62,051 nt of DNA from a virus. Its lineage: Duplodnaviria; Caudoviricetes. The notes below the pieces were generated by a model that saw nothing but the letters and a program-made list of their open reading frames with translations, did no database searches and was not told where the DNA came from. Location of the stretch: the IMG/VR virus record IMGVR_UViG_3300020220_000046, positions 1-62,051 of that record. The stretch is one strand, 5' to 3'. This document shows positions 26,388-36,600 of the stretch, in pieces. How positions within the stretch are numbered: position 1 is the first letter of the stretch; each line of letters begins with the position of its first letter. Made by a program: the position numbers and the translations under genes.

Positions 26388-27229
26388 TTTTTTACATCCA
26401 TTTTAAGGATTGTTTGTATGATTTCATATGGTACTTTGTATTCTTCAAACATACCATCTTCTTTCAATAAAACGACAACACATCCTAATAACTTCAAATC
26501 TGAAAATTTAGTCTCATCTAACATTTTTAATAGTAACTTTCCGTACAATGGCAATTGAATGTGGTAATGATTTAGTGATGTGTTATGATAGTTGTTGAAC
26601 GGTGATAACATCATATCTGTATATGGTTGTACTTTGAAATTTTTTGGTTGGTTTGTTTTCCAGTCTGTAATTACAATACCAAAACCATCTTGCTTTTTGT
26701 TTTCCATCAACCACATTTTATCGGGTTGACCTGTGTATCCTAACTCAGGGTCACCTATCACCATTTCGGTGTCTAATAATACTGCATTTCTCTCCGCCAT
26801 TAAATCAAGAAACTTACTTCCCGCTTCAACCATCTTATCACTCTTAACAATCTGACTGTGGTCGCATTGAAATGCTGGTTTCCTCACATTTTTATACGAA
26901 CCATAACGACTAATGGCCTCACATTCCAATAGATAGTGAACACGACTACCCATATTTGTTGAGTGTTTGCCCGATTGTTTCCATTGTTCAAGTAACGCTT
27001 GTTGTTTTTTTACGTCACCACCTGAAAGTTGTAATGATTTACCTTCAGCATCAAATGGGATATAAAAATTCTTTACGACTTTAGACACCGAAGGGAAGTT
27101 TTTCTTCAGTTTCCCATTAGTATCTCTCATGAAGTAAACGTGGTCTTCTTCAATGAATGTTAATTCTAATTGTTCTCTTCTTTTATCGAGAGCATCTCTT
27201 ATTTCTTGTGTTATTCCTACTAAATCCAT
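26372..27229 (-). CDS. PD-(D/E)xK exonuclease (Cas4/RecB-like)
   Basis: PSVSKV, GSRVH, GQPD, ITDWKT, Y.IQL.LY. Confidence 0.8.
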   Translation of the reverse strand: MDLVGITQEIRDALDKRREQLELTFIEEDHVYFMRDTNGKLKKNFPSVSKVVKNFYIPFDAEGKSLQLSGGDVKKQQALLEQWKQSGKHSTNMGSRVHYLLECEAISRYGSYKNVRKPAFQCDHSQIVKSDKMVEAGSKFLDLMAERNAVLLDTEMVIGDPELGYTGQPDKMWLMENKKQDGFGIVITDWKTNQPKNFKVQPYTDMMLSPFNNYHNTSLNHYHIQLPLYGKLLLKMLDETKFSDLKLLGCVVVLLKEDGMFEEYKVPYEIIQTILKMDVKKCMKK

Positions 27230-27233
27230 TATA

Positions 27234-28172
27234 CTAATCTAATTTAAATTCAGGATACTCTATAAGGTTACCCTGAAGGTCGGCGATATCTTTATCTTTT
27301 GGTAATTTAACAATATAAACCTTACCCATTAGGTTTCCACAATTGATTTTGTGATATAATCTCTCCGCATCGCCCCAAGCGTCTCCATCCAAAATAATTG
27401 TTAAACTATCTGCGTTTTCATAAACTTTTTTGAATAGTAAATCACCAATATACTTACCCAACATTGGTATAGAATTGGGTAAAAATATGGAATCAAATAC
27501 ACCCTCAACCAAGCATACTCTTTTTTTCCAATCAATCAAGTGTTCATTCCATATAATATTCTCTTTTTGTACGTCAGGGTTTTTATATTTCATCTTAGTT
27601 CTCGACAAATATGAACGTGCAATGAAATAATTGACATACTTGCTCTCATCATATGAAGGTATAATTATTCTATTTGCGTATGGACCATCATAACAGAATC
27701 CGATATTATATTTTTGAATCATCTCTTCATTGATGTTTCTACTTTTAAGATACCCAAACGCTTGTTTGTGGTGATGAGTAAGTTTTAGACCGGGTGACAC
27801 ATCTAATATTGGTATAAACTCTTTTGGTAATCGTATAATTTTCTTTACATTTTGTGCATATTCAATATCTTCCGGCTTTAAAAGTTCATATCTTTTAATG
27901 TGTTTTTGTGTCCCATATTTTTTTATTAGTTTGTGTAAGGACCCGTGTGTTTCGTGTGTTTCCGCACATGACCAACATTTAAAAACACCTCTTTTATAGT
28001 TTATTTCAAGGTTACCTTTACCATCACCACGCTCAAGTCCTTTAATGTCATATGAACATACAGGACAATCAAAAGATATCTGACCTTTGTAATCATTGTG
28101 CATACGATAATCACCAAGGATATCCTCGATGATTTCAATTATTGGTTTGTATTCCGCAGACACAGATGACAT
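27234..28172 (-). CDS. dnaG: DNA primase (Zn finger plus TOPRIM)
   Basis: CPVC...CWSC, YLKSR.I, RIIIP, KYKNP, LVEGVFD, LDGDA, KDIAD. Confidence 0.88.
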   Translation of the reverse strand: MSSVSAEYKPIIEIIEDILGDYRMHNDYKGQISFDCPVCSYDIKGLERGDGKGNLEINYKRGVFKCWSCAETHETHGSLHKLIKKYGTQKHIKRYELLKPEDIEYAQNVKKIIRLPKEFIPILDVSPGLKLTHHHKQAFGYLKSRNINEEMIQKYNIGFCYDGPYANRIIIPSYDESKYVNYFIARSYLSRTKMKYKNPDVQKENIIWNEHLIDWKKRVCLVEGVFDSIFLPNSIPMLGKYIGDLLFKKVYENADSLTIILDGDAWGDAERLYHKINCGNLMGKVYIVKLPKDKDIADLQGNLIEYPEFKLD

Positions 28173-28213
28173 ATGGAATAATATAAGAAAAAAAAGTGAA
28201 AAAACAAACGAGC

Positions 28214-28247
28214 AAAAAAAGGACGGGGGTTACACCGTGCCCCCGCC
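28214..28247 (-). terminator. Rho-independent terminator
   Basis: GGCGGGGG, 10-nt loop, CCCCCGUCC, then U7. Confidence 0.8.
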
Positions 28248-28346
28248 TATACGGCTCCACCATTGTTACCAGTATATCCTGGCAACAAATATTTCAGGTT
28301 TTTGGGTTGGTTGACCAACCACGTATATTTCTATACGTCCCGTACT
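28214..28346 (-). ncRNA. Candidate structured non-coding RNA or attenuator
   Basis: No credible ORF. Three hairpins are enclosed by a closing helix and followed by a GC terminator hairpin and U7; TATTTAT lies immediately upstream (28350-28356). Confidence 0.6.
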
Positions 28347-28376
28347 TAAATAAATATAATTAAAATTTTTTTAAAA

Positions 28377-28985
28377 TCAATAATGTTTTGTGGTTTTTTG
28401 CATATTAACATATCCTATGACCGCGGTTGCTGCGTCACTCATATCATAATTTTCTTTTTTTAAGTTACCTGTTTTACCATATAACCATTTTATTTCAGGA
28501 CAAACTTCGTTTACGTGTTCCCATATGATATGTTTTTTGTCTATATCTTTTGGTAGTCCACCAAATAGTACATTTTTTCCTTTATCGTTTTGTCCAACTA
28601 AACTTGGAAACGCAAATTTTCTTGCATTGTATGTGGAAATAAATATTGGTATAACACCCAATACATCATAACACGCCCTTAATATCAAAGTGTTGTATCT
28701 TAAAAGTGTACCAATCGTATAGATATTGTTTGATTGTAATAATGGTTCCTCAATTACCACTTCAGTAATTCCAACATCTTTATAATTTTCTATATGCTTT
28801 TTAAACGCATCTGATTTTTTTACCAACTCTTCAATCTTCTCTTCGGGTTGTGGTTTTATTTTGGGTGAAAAGTGGGTCAATTCCAATAGTTTAGAAGAAT
28901 TGATATCAAACAAAGCCCATCCTATTGTTTTTGTAGAAATATCTAACCCCAAAATTTTTGGGGCATTTTTTAATTTTAAACTCAT
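28377..28985 (-). CDS. RuvC-like Holliday junction resolvase
   Basis: ILGLDIST..IGWA, VVIEEP and YDMSDA acidic motifs. Confidence 0.8.
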   Translation of the reverse strand: MSLKLKNAPKILGLDISTKTIGWALFDINSSKLLELTHFSPKIKPQPEEKIEELVKKSDAFKKHIENYKDVGITEVVIEEPLLQSNNIYTIGTLLRYNTLILRACYDVLGVIPIFISTYNARKFAFPSLVGQNDKGKNVLFGGLPKDIDKKHIIWEHVNEVCPEIKWLYGKTGNLKKENYDMSDAATAVIGYVNMQKTTKHY

Positions 28986-29024
28986 ATAAAAATATATAGA
29001 GAATATTTTGGAAATAGTAAAGTA

Positions 29025-31172
29025 TTAGAAGTCTAGATTTACAGAAAATACTTGAGTACCAACTCTTTTAACGGGATTAACTGCTTTTGCAACCACTAAT
29101 GGTTCTTTATTACTATTGAGTAAAACAATTTCAGTTATTCTTTTATCCATACCCGTCACATAGGTTGGATTTTGTGTAACATTAAATTGTGATGTTGGTA
29201 AATTAACTAAGAAACTCATTCTTTCCACATCGATTGCTCTTACTACTCTTACACTACCAGGGAATGGTTGTTCATCTCCAAATTGTGGAAGTGTCGATGG
29301 TTGGTCGGGTACATTATCCAAAAATGTCTCAATATCATATGGGGTTGCGCCTGTGTACATTGGGTTAGTAATGATAATTGAGTTACTTGTTAATCCTGTT
29401 TGGTTAATTAATTGACCAACAGTATGTCCTGTAATAAAAGATGTATAATTGATTCTTTTCCAAGCATCGTGTGTTGGTAAGTCATTTAATGATGTTATTT
29501 GAACAAGAACTTGGAATTCATTTGCAATGTGACCAGTTGTTGCACCATTACATAAAGTTGTTGACTTTAAGAATGGAAAACTTCCATTATCAAAATTGAT
29601 GTACAATTGTGATGGTCTAACCAAACATGGGTCATCGGATTGAACATCTACTCTTGAAAAATAATTACATGGTAGACCATTTAGCGCGGTGTCTCCCGTG
29701 TAGTTAAACATATATGTTACCCAAACGGTTTGACCCGATGTTGAACCCGTGAAGAACGATTGAGTGGCACTTGCATCACTTGGTACCAATGCAACTTTTG
29801 GTGCCGGTAATGTATATTTTCTATTCGATTTATAATCAAGTACCGCAACCAATTCTTGGTCATCAAATACAATAGTTTTGTTATTTACAAATACTTTACC
29901 AACTCCATAACCTTGTTCGTCTAAAAGATATCTGAACTTCAATAATTGATTTGAATTTTTTAAAGACTTCATAAAATAATCGGTAGTATCCATTGAGAAC
30001 ATTGCTCCGATTGTGGTTCCTGTGTTTCTGTGATATTGAATAAATGGTATGTAAACTTGGAAATATTCTAAATCAGTAATTTCATTGCCTAAGTCGTCTT
30101 CCAATAATGCATCCGCGGGAACGTTATTTGTACTGCTGTAATCGTCATATTTGAAAAATCTCTCTGTGTCATTTTTTAAATCACCCAACTCAGAATAATG
30201 AATAATTGCCACACATCTTTGTTCTTCAGGTTTTACAATTATCTTTTCATCATAAGCATTATAGAAAGATGTTACACCAGTGATTGTTCCACCCGTTGCA
30301 TTCACCCAAGTTTGCCCACTTGAAGTTGTGTATCCTAAAAATTGTTTTGTTGAAACGTATTTGTTTGATGTGAATCCGGTTAAACTTTCATCCGTTGTTG
30401 GGACATCAAATCCAATTGGTTTTTTACCCCAAACAACGTTTAATGTCCATGAATTAAGTTGTTGGGATGGGTCAATCTCTTGTGGTCTACAATTAGAGTT
30501 AATTGGTTCTACTGGATATTCGTTTTCACAAGAATTACAAATTACTTGTGCGTTACCACTACAAGATGAAAGATTAGGTAAATTTCTGTCAAGTGTAATT
30601 GTGTTTCCACTTACACTCATTACCTGATATATCAAACTATTTGATTGTCCTGAAATAACAGGATGAAGTGGGTCTGTTCCTGTAAACGTTGTAAATGCAA
30701 TTGTAATAAAATCACAATCATTAAAACTTGAACCCGTAGGTACAACAATTGTGTTTGTTCCTGTAATTGCTGAGAGTGGAACTAATTGTGTTGTACATTC
30801 TATTGTTGTTCCTGTACATCCTACAGCATCATAATCTTTATATTCCGTAACAAATCCTGCAGGACCCATTACATTTCTTATTGTCTCTGTTGTAGAAAAT
30901 TCAATCGGTACACCATATGTTGTTGTACCTGTGGCAGAATCTAACTTATACGGGTATTTTACCCCCCCTTCTTTATCAAAAGGTGAGAATACCGATTGAT
31001 GGGGTACACCCGCCAATCCAGTAAGTCCTGTAAATGGGTTTGTGTAATCAAACTCGGAATCTCCGATTTGGAAATAAGATATGACAAAATTACCCTTAGC
31101 AATAGAATTTCTTCCCTTTTGGGTTATTCTTGCTGATAAAAATTCCGAATTATTATTACTTAAAAAACTCAT
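29025..31172 (-). CDS. Virion structural protein (tail/baseplate)
   Basis: N-terminal ARITQKGR...ISYFQIGDSE.DY and C-terminal ITEIVLLN...LVVAK...PV, which resemble tail/baseplate proteins; TATTTAT upstream. Confidence 0.65.
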   Translation of the reverse strand: MSFLSNNNSEFLSARITQKGRNSIAKGNFVISYFQIGDSEFDYTNPFTGLTGLAGVPHQSVFSPFDKEGGVKYPYKLDSATGTTTYGVPIEFSTTETIRNVMGPAGFVTEYKDYDAVGCTGTTIECTTQLVPLSAITGTNTIVVPTGSSFNDCDFITIAFTTFTGTDPLHPVISGQSNSLIYQVMSVSGNTITLDRNLPNLSSCSGNAQVICNSCENEYPVEPINSNCRPQEIDPSQQLNSWTLNVVWGKKPIGFDVPTTDESLTGFTSNKYVSTKQFLGYTTSSGQTWVNATGGTITGVTSFYNAYDEKIIVKPEEQRCVAIIHYSELGDLKNDTERFFKYDDYSSTNNVPADALLEDDLGNEITDLEYFQVYIPFIQYHRNTGTTIGAMFSMDTTDYFMKSLKNSNQLLKFRYLLDEQGYGVGKVFVNNKTIVFDDQELVAVLDYKSNRKYTLPAPKVALVPSDASATQSFFTGSTSGQTVWVTYMFNYTGDTALNGLPCNYFSRVDVQSDDPCLVRPSQLYINFDNGSFPFLKSTTLCNGATTGHIANEFQVLVQITSLNDLPTHDAWKRINYTSFITGHTVGQLINQTGLTSNSIIITNPMYTGATPYDIETFLDNVPDQPSTLPQFGDEQPFPGSVRVVRAIDVERMSFLVNLPTSQFNVTQNPTYVTGMDKRITEIVLLNSNKEPLVVAKAVNPVKRVGTQVFSVNLDF

Positions 31173-31201
31173 ACTTTATTATAAATATTTTATTCCACAT
31201 T

Positions 31202-31984
31202 TTATAGAGATAGGCAATCTCCGTCAATTGTACAATTTGTAAGCTCATTTGTCCAACTAAGTGGTGATGGGCAATCAATTAAAATATTATTTTGTACACA
31301 TACAGGTGCTGGGTACAAACCTCCTGGATTTACACAAATAAATGCAGTAAATGTCCCGTTACCATTATCATAAGTAAAAAGATTACTTATCAAATTGGTG
31401 ATTGTTCCTCCAGAACATGGTGAATATCTAACATATAGGTCAAAAGGTAATTGAGCTGTAGTATATGTCATGCTAAAACAAATGCATGGTGTTGTTGGTG
31501 TATTAGTTAAGGTTATTGTAGGTGTATTTGTGGCTGTTAATGTTGGACTATTTGTTGGTGTTAAAGTTTGTGTATTTGTGGCTGTTAATGTTGGGGTATT
31601 TGTTGAGGTGGCGGTTGGTGTTTGAGTATTTGTTGCAGTGACAGTTGGGGTTGGAGTATTTGTTGCACCAACACCATAATCACAACATTCATCAAGGTTT
31701 ACTTTAAATACCTGTTCACAACAACCAATACAAATCATTTTAACATATACTTCAAGTAATGTTGGAGTCAATCCTGATAGGTTTATGCTACCTCCTGTTA
31801 TCGATGTAAATGGTGTTGCACCTGTTATTGTATTTTCTGTTAAACCCGTATATACCGCACAATCGGTATAATCTGAACCCGAATTTAAATGTATCAGTAC
31901 CCCTTTTGGTGTTGCGGTATCAGGTACACAAGGTCCGGGTGTATTTGTTGGTGTACTTGTTAAAGTAGGCGTACTAGTGGGCAT
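31202..31984 (-). CDS. Cys-rich virion protein with Thr-Pro linkers
   Basis: Short PT tract, domain, PT tract, Cys-rich domain. Confidence 0.75.
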   Translation of the reverse strand: MPTSTPTLTSTPTNTPGPCVPDTATPKGVLIHLNSGSDYTDCAVYTGLTENTITGATPFTSITGGSINLSGLTPTLLEVYVKMICIGCCEQVFKVNLDECCDYGVGATNTPTPTVTATNTQTPTATSTNTPTLTATNTQTLTPTNSPTLTATNTPTITLTNTPTTPCICFSMTYTTAQLPFDLYVRYSPCSGGTITNLISNLFTYDNGNGTFTAFICVNPGGLYPAPVCVQNNILIDCPSPLSWTNELTNCTIDGDCLSL

Positions 31985-32071
31985 TTGCTATTAATATATT
32001 AGATAAATAGTTATTTGTAAATTTTATTAAAAAATTAATAATATCAAGGTCCAGATGTGGCTTACTAGAAA

Positions 32072-32869
32072 CTAACAACTTCCTAAAACTATAATATTTC
32101 CTGAACCGCCCGTTTGTACAACGGTTCCTGTTTCAGCACATATTGTAATGCCACCTGCACCAACGGTCTGCGTGAAGAATGAACCACCGCAATCAAACCA
32201 TTCAATACTTATAGATGGAGTTCCTACCACATAATAGTAATTACAAGCAATAGACGTAGTTGGTGTTGGTGTATTTGTAGGTGTTTGTGTTGGCGTCTCA
32301 ATTTGGGTTGGATTTTCAGTATTTGTAGGTGTTAGTGTTGGAGTACTTGTTAGTGTTGGTTCTTCAGATGTTAGTGTTGGAGTACTTGTTAGTGTTGGTG
32401 TATTTGTAGCTGTAAGTGTTGGCGTCTCAGTTTGGGTTGGAGTCGGAGTTTCAGTATTTGTTGGTGTCGGTGTATTTGTTGTCGTAGTCGTTGGAGTTTC
32501 GGATGGTGTACCTGTAGGTGTATTACTTGGTGTTTGCGTTGATGTAGGTGTTGGTGTAGTGGAAACAGATATACAATCATCACATCTTAAATCAACCAAG
32601 ACAACTTGGTATCCTCCCTGTAATTTTGGTGTACTTGTTGGTACAGAATTAATATGATTATCACAATGTTCGATAAACAGATAAACGTGTGTATATGTAC
32701 TATCAACACTTAAACTAACTGTATATCCAGAAATATAGGATGCCGATACTGTACTAACAAATGTTGCAGTATTAATATCATGTGTTGTTCCCGAAAAAAC
32801 ATCAAAGTTTGTACAAGGTGTTTTACTTGTAAATTTTGATATTTGAACTTGATATTGTAAGTTTGGCAT
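32072..32869 (-). CDS. Cys-rich virion protein with a Thr-Pro linker
   Basis: Domain, ~105-aa PT tract, short Cys-rich domain ending GSC. Confidence 0.75.
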   Translation of the reverse strand: MPNLQYQVQISKFTSKTPCTNFDVFSGTTHDINTATFVSTVSASYISGYTVSLSVDSTYTHVYLFIEHCDNHINSVPTSTPKLQGGYQVVLVDLRCDDCISVSTTPTPTSTQTPSNTPTGTPSETPTTTTTNTPTPTNTETPTPTQTETPTLTATNTPTLTSTPTLTSEEPTLTSTPTLTPTNTENPTQIETPTQTPTNTPTPTTSIACNYYYVVGTPSISIEWFDCGGSFFTQTVGAGGITICAETGTVVQTGGSGNIIVLGSC

Positions 32870-32890
32870 ACGTTTTTTTATTTTTATTTA

Positions 32891-33643
32891 TTAACATCCA
32901 CTTCCTAAAAGACATTCAATTTCTACGCTTAACCCTGTTGAATGATATATGTACGTATTAACAAGTGGTTGATATGTGAAAAAGCCAAGAAATGATGTAT
33001 TCAAAGACGATGTGGTATAAATCGCAGTGGTACTATCTAATAAGTTAGTTACATTACAATCTGTATAAACAGTTGTTGGTGTGGTATCTATACATTGACA
33101 AACCCCTCCACTACATGTTGACGAACAAACACCAATTGTCCATGCTTTGTACGCACAAGTTTCAGTGGGTGTACTAGTTAGGGTTATTGTGGGTGTACTT
33201 GTTAAAGTAGGCGCACTAGTTTGAGTTGGGGTTTGTGTTGTACCCAATGTTGGGGTATTTGTTAATGTAATAGTTGGGGTATTTGTTAATGTAATAGTTG
33301 GGGTATTTGTTAATGTAATAGTTGGTGTTGGAGTTGGTGTAGTGCCTGTTAAACATATAACATCAATATTAAAACATATTGTGTCATAACACGAAAATGC
33401 TTTACTATCATTTGTATAAATGTTTTTTATAATGTATCGACCTGTTGTTTGGTCAATCATTTTTATCCAATATTGAGTATCAAACGTTAATCCTGAAATT
33501 TCAACAGTGGATGAGGTTAAACCACTCGCATGTAATGTGAATGTTGTATTATCATATTCAGGCCAAGGATTTACACCACTTTTGTACCTTATGGTGTAGG
33601 GTCCATCTGAAACTATATTATATAATCGAACATTTAATCCCAT
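32891..33643 (-). CDS. Fn3-like domain, Thr-Pro linker and Cys-rich domain protein
   Basis: YTIRYK...ISGLTFDTQYWI resembles Fn3; PT tract; ends GSGC. Confidence 0.7.
   Translation of the reverse strand: MGLNVRLYNIVSDGPYTIRYKSGVNPWPEYDNTTFTLHASGLTSSTVEISGLTFDTQYWIKMIDQTTGRYIIKNIYTNDSKAFSCYDTICFNIDVICLTGTTPTPTPTITLTNTPTITLTNTPTITLTNTPTLGTTQTPTQTSAPTLTSTPTITLTSTPTETCAYKAWTIGVCSSTCSGGVCQCIDTTPTTVYTDCNVTNLLDSTTAIYTTSSLNTSFLGFFTYQPLVNTYIYHSTGLSVEIECLLGSGC
33249..33325. repeat. Perfect 24-bp tandem repeat x3 (encodes ITLTNTPT)
   Basis: GTTGGGGTATTTGTTAATGTAATA repeated three times. Confidence 0.9.
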
Positions 33644-33670
33644 ATTATATCATAAATACTTTTATTTATT

Positions 33671-36600
33671 TTATATACAATGTCCAACAGCGGCGGTTAT
33701 GTACACAGTTGAATTGCAAGGTATATCCACATCATAAAACACAACTGTACTTCCACCAGTATTCAACGGATAAAAACATTGTATTCCATAATTAATGGCA
33801 ATATTTTGTCCAGCTAAACACGGACCATAGTCAATTTCAACCGTTACATTTGAACCATTAACATTGGATGTGAAGAACCCAACCCCATCACCTTGCCCAA
33901 TCGGGAAATTAGCACCACTTGAGTAAGTTATATTATTGGAATTGAATCTAACTCCGAGTATAGTAACATTATTACTATTTTGTGTAGTTACCTCAACAAA
34001 TGCAAATGGACAAGAAAATGTACTAGGTGTACTAGTTAATGTTGGTGTTAGTGTTGGTGTATTTGTTAGTGTTGGTGTGTTTGTAGCAGTTAAAGTTGGT
34101 GTATTTGTAGCAGTTAATGTTGGTGTATTTGTTGCAGTTAATGTTGGTTCTTCAGATGTTAGTGTTTGAGTACTTGTTAGTGTTGGTGTATTTGTAGCAG
34201 TTAATGTTGGTGTAGCAGTTAATGTTGGAGTACTTGTTAGTGTTGGTGTATTTGTAGCAGTTAATGTTTGAGTACTTGTTAAAGTAGGTGTATTAGTAGC
34301 CGTTAACGTTGGCGTATTTGTTGCAGTACTTGTACTTGTTAAAGTAGGCGTATTTGTCAATGTAGGTGTATTTGTAGCTGTAAGTGTTGGAGTATTTGTT
34401 GCAGTACTTGTACTAGTTAGTGTTGGTGTATTTGTGGCTGTAAGTGTTGGAGTATTTGTTGCAGTACTTGTACTAGTTAGTGTTGGTGTATTTGTAGCCG
34501 TTAACGTTGGCGTATTTGTTGCGGTACTTGTGCTGGTTAATGTTGGGGTTTGAGTTGCTGTAAGTGTCGGAGTCTCAGTTAATGTTGGCGTATTTGTTGC
34601 AGTAAGAGTGGGTGTATTGGTTGCAGTACTTGTACTAGTTAATGTTGGCGTATTTGTTGCAGTTAGAGTAGGTGTATTGGTTGCAGTACTTGTACTAGTT
34701 AATGTTGGGGTTTGAGTTGCAGTTAGAGTAGGTGTATTGGTTGCAGTACTTGTACTAGTTAATGTTGGAGTATTGGTTGCGGTAAGTGTCGGAGTCTCAG
34801 TTAGTGTTGGAGTATTGGTTGCGGTAAGTGTCGGAGTCTCAGTTAGTGTTGGTGTATTTGTGGCAGTTAATGTTGGAGTATTTGTTGCAGTACTTGTGCT
34901 AGTTAAAGTAGGTGAATTTGTTGCAGTAAGAGTGGGTGTATTTGTGGCAGTACTTGTACTTGTTAAAGTAGGCGTATTTGTTGCAGTTAATGTTGGAGAG
35001 TTGGTTGGTGTTAATGTTGGTGTTTCAGTTAGTGTTTGAGTATTAGTCGGCGTTAATGTTGGCGTTTCAGTTAACGTAGGTGTACTAGTTGCTGTAAGGG
35101 TCGGTGTTTTAGTTAATGTTGGAGTATTAGTTGAACTTAATGTAGGGGTATTGGTTGCGGTTAATGTTGGTGTATTTGTTGCAGTAAGAGTGGGTGTTTG
35201 AGTACTTGTTGATGTAACAGTAGCGGTTGGTGTGGGCGTTGGACAATCTGTTGAACTATTTGCAATTGCCAAACCACTTCCGTTATCTTCAACAACAAAT
35301 AGTATTGAAGTGCTTGGTGGGTTTACATAAAAGATGGTTGATGACGAATTTGTGATAAGTTGTAAATCTGCAATTGTGTATGGATTTGTTGCTGTGTTAT
35401 CTTCGTATAATATTTCACCAACAGATAAATCGTCTTGTGCATAAATTGTTATAGAATTTTGACAAGAACATGCACTACTAATTGTAATATCAATACAATA
35501 GATTGCTCCATCTAATAAATTAGTAAGAGTTGGAGTATTGGTTGCGGTAAGGGTTGGTGTCTCCGTTAATGTAGGTGTATTCGTAGGTGTTTGAGTTTGA
35601 GTCTCTGTAGGGGTATTAGTTGCCGTTAATGTAGGTGTACTTGTTGCAGTTAACGTCGGAGTATTGGTTGGTGTTTCGGTTGGTGTACTTGTTGCAGTTA
35701 ACGTCGGAGTATTTGTTGATGTACTTGTTGCAGTTAACGTCGGAGTATTTGTTGATGTACTTGTTGCAGTTAACGTCGGAGTGCTTGTACTAGTTAAAGT
35801 AGGTGTATTGGTTGCAGTAAGAGTGGGTGTAGCGGTAAGGGTTGGAGTTTCAGTTGAAGTTAATGTTGGTGTATTTGTTGCTGTAAGGGTTGGAGTTTCA
35901 GTTGAAGTTAACGTAGGTGTTTCTGTTAACGTTAGTGTATTTGTGGCTGTTAATGTAGGTGTTTCAGTATTTGTAGGTGTAAGTGTTGGTGTATTTGTTG
36001 CAGTGCTTGTACTAGTTAAAGTAGGTGTATTGGTTGCAGTAAGAGTGGGTGTATTTGTTGCAGTGCTTGTACTAGTTAGTGTTGGGGTTTGAGTTGCAGT
36101 AAGAGTGGGTGTATTTGTTGCGGTACTTGTGCTGGTTAAAGTAGGTGTATTAGTAGATGTAAGTGTTGGCGTATTTGTTGCGGTACTTGTGCTGGTTAAA
36201 GTAGGTGTATTTGTTGCAGTGCTTGTACTAGTTAAAGTAGGTGTATTAGTAGCTGTAAGTGTTGGTGTATTTGTTGCAGTGCTTGTACTAGTTAAAGTAG
36301 GTGTATTGGTTGCAGTAAGAGTAGGTGTATTTGTTGCGGTACTTGTACTAGTTAAAGTAGGTGTACTTGTGGCTGTTAGTGTATTAGTTGATGTTGGCGT
36401 ACTTGTGGATGTAAGAGTTATTGTTGGAGTACTAGTATAGGTTGATGTATTCGTGTTTGTTAATGTTGGAGTACTTGTTGATGTGATAGTAGGAGTTGGT
36501 GTTAGTGTTTGTGTGCTAGTTGGTGTGGGTGTGTTTGTGGGAGATTGGTCGCAATCAAATGGTGATTCAGATAAATCATTATTGGTTGGTGGTGTTGCAC

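Noticed and set aside
28249-28346. tRNA or hammerhead ribozyme identity for the structured element
   Set aside because: It has no TTC-containing T-loop, 7-nt anticodon loop or CCA end. CUGAAAU does not fit the hammerhead CUGANGA core.
32044-32071. Possible relic tip-domain end (ATSGP*) after the 32072 stop
   Set aside because: Too short to distinguish from chance.
33936-36440. Val/Gly-rich plus-strand ORFs (for example 34737..35039 and 35664..36092)
   Set aside because: They are antisense shadows of the Thr-Pro repeats and lie entirely inside the 2375-aa gene.
34020-36543. CRISPR-like periodicity
   Set aside because: Units are multiples of 3, degenerate at codon third positions, and lack unique spacers. 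The PD-(D/E)xK nuclease at 26372 has no cas context.
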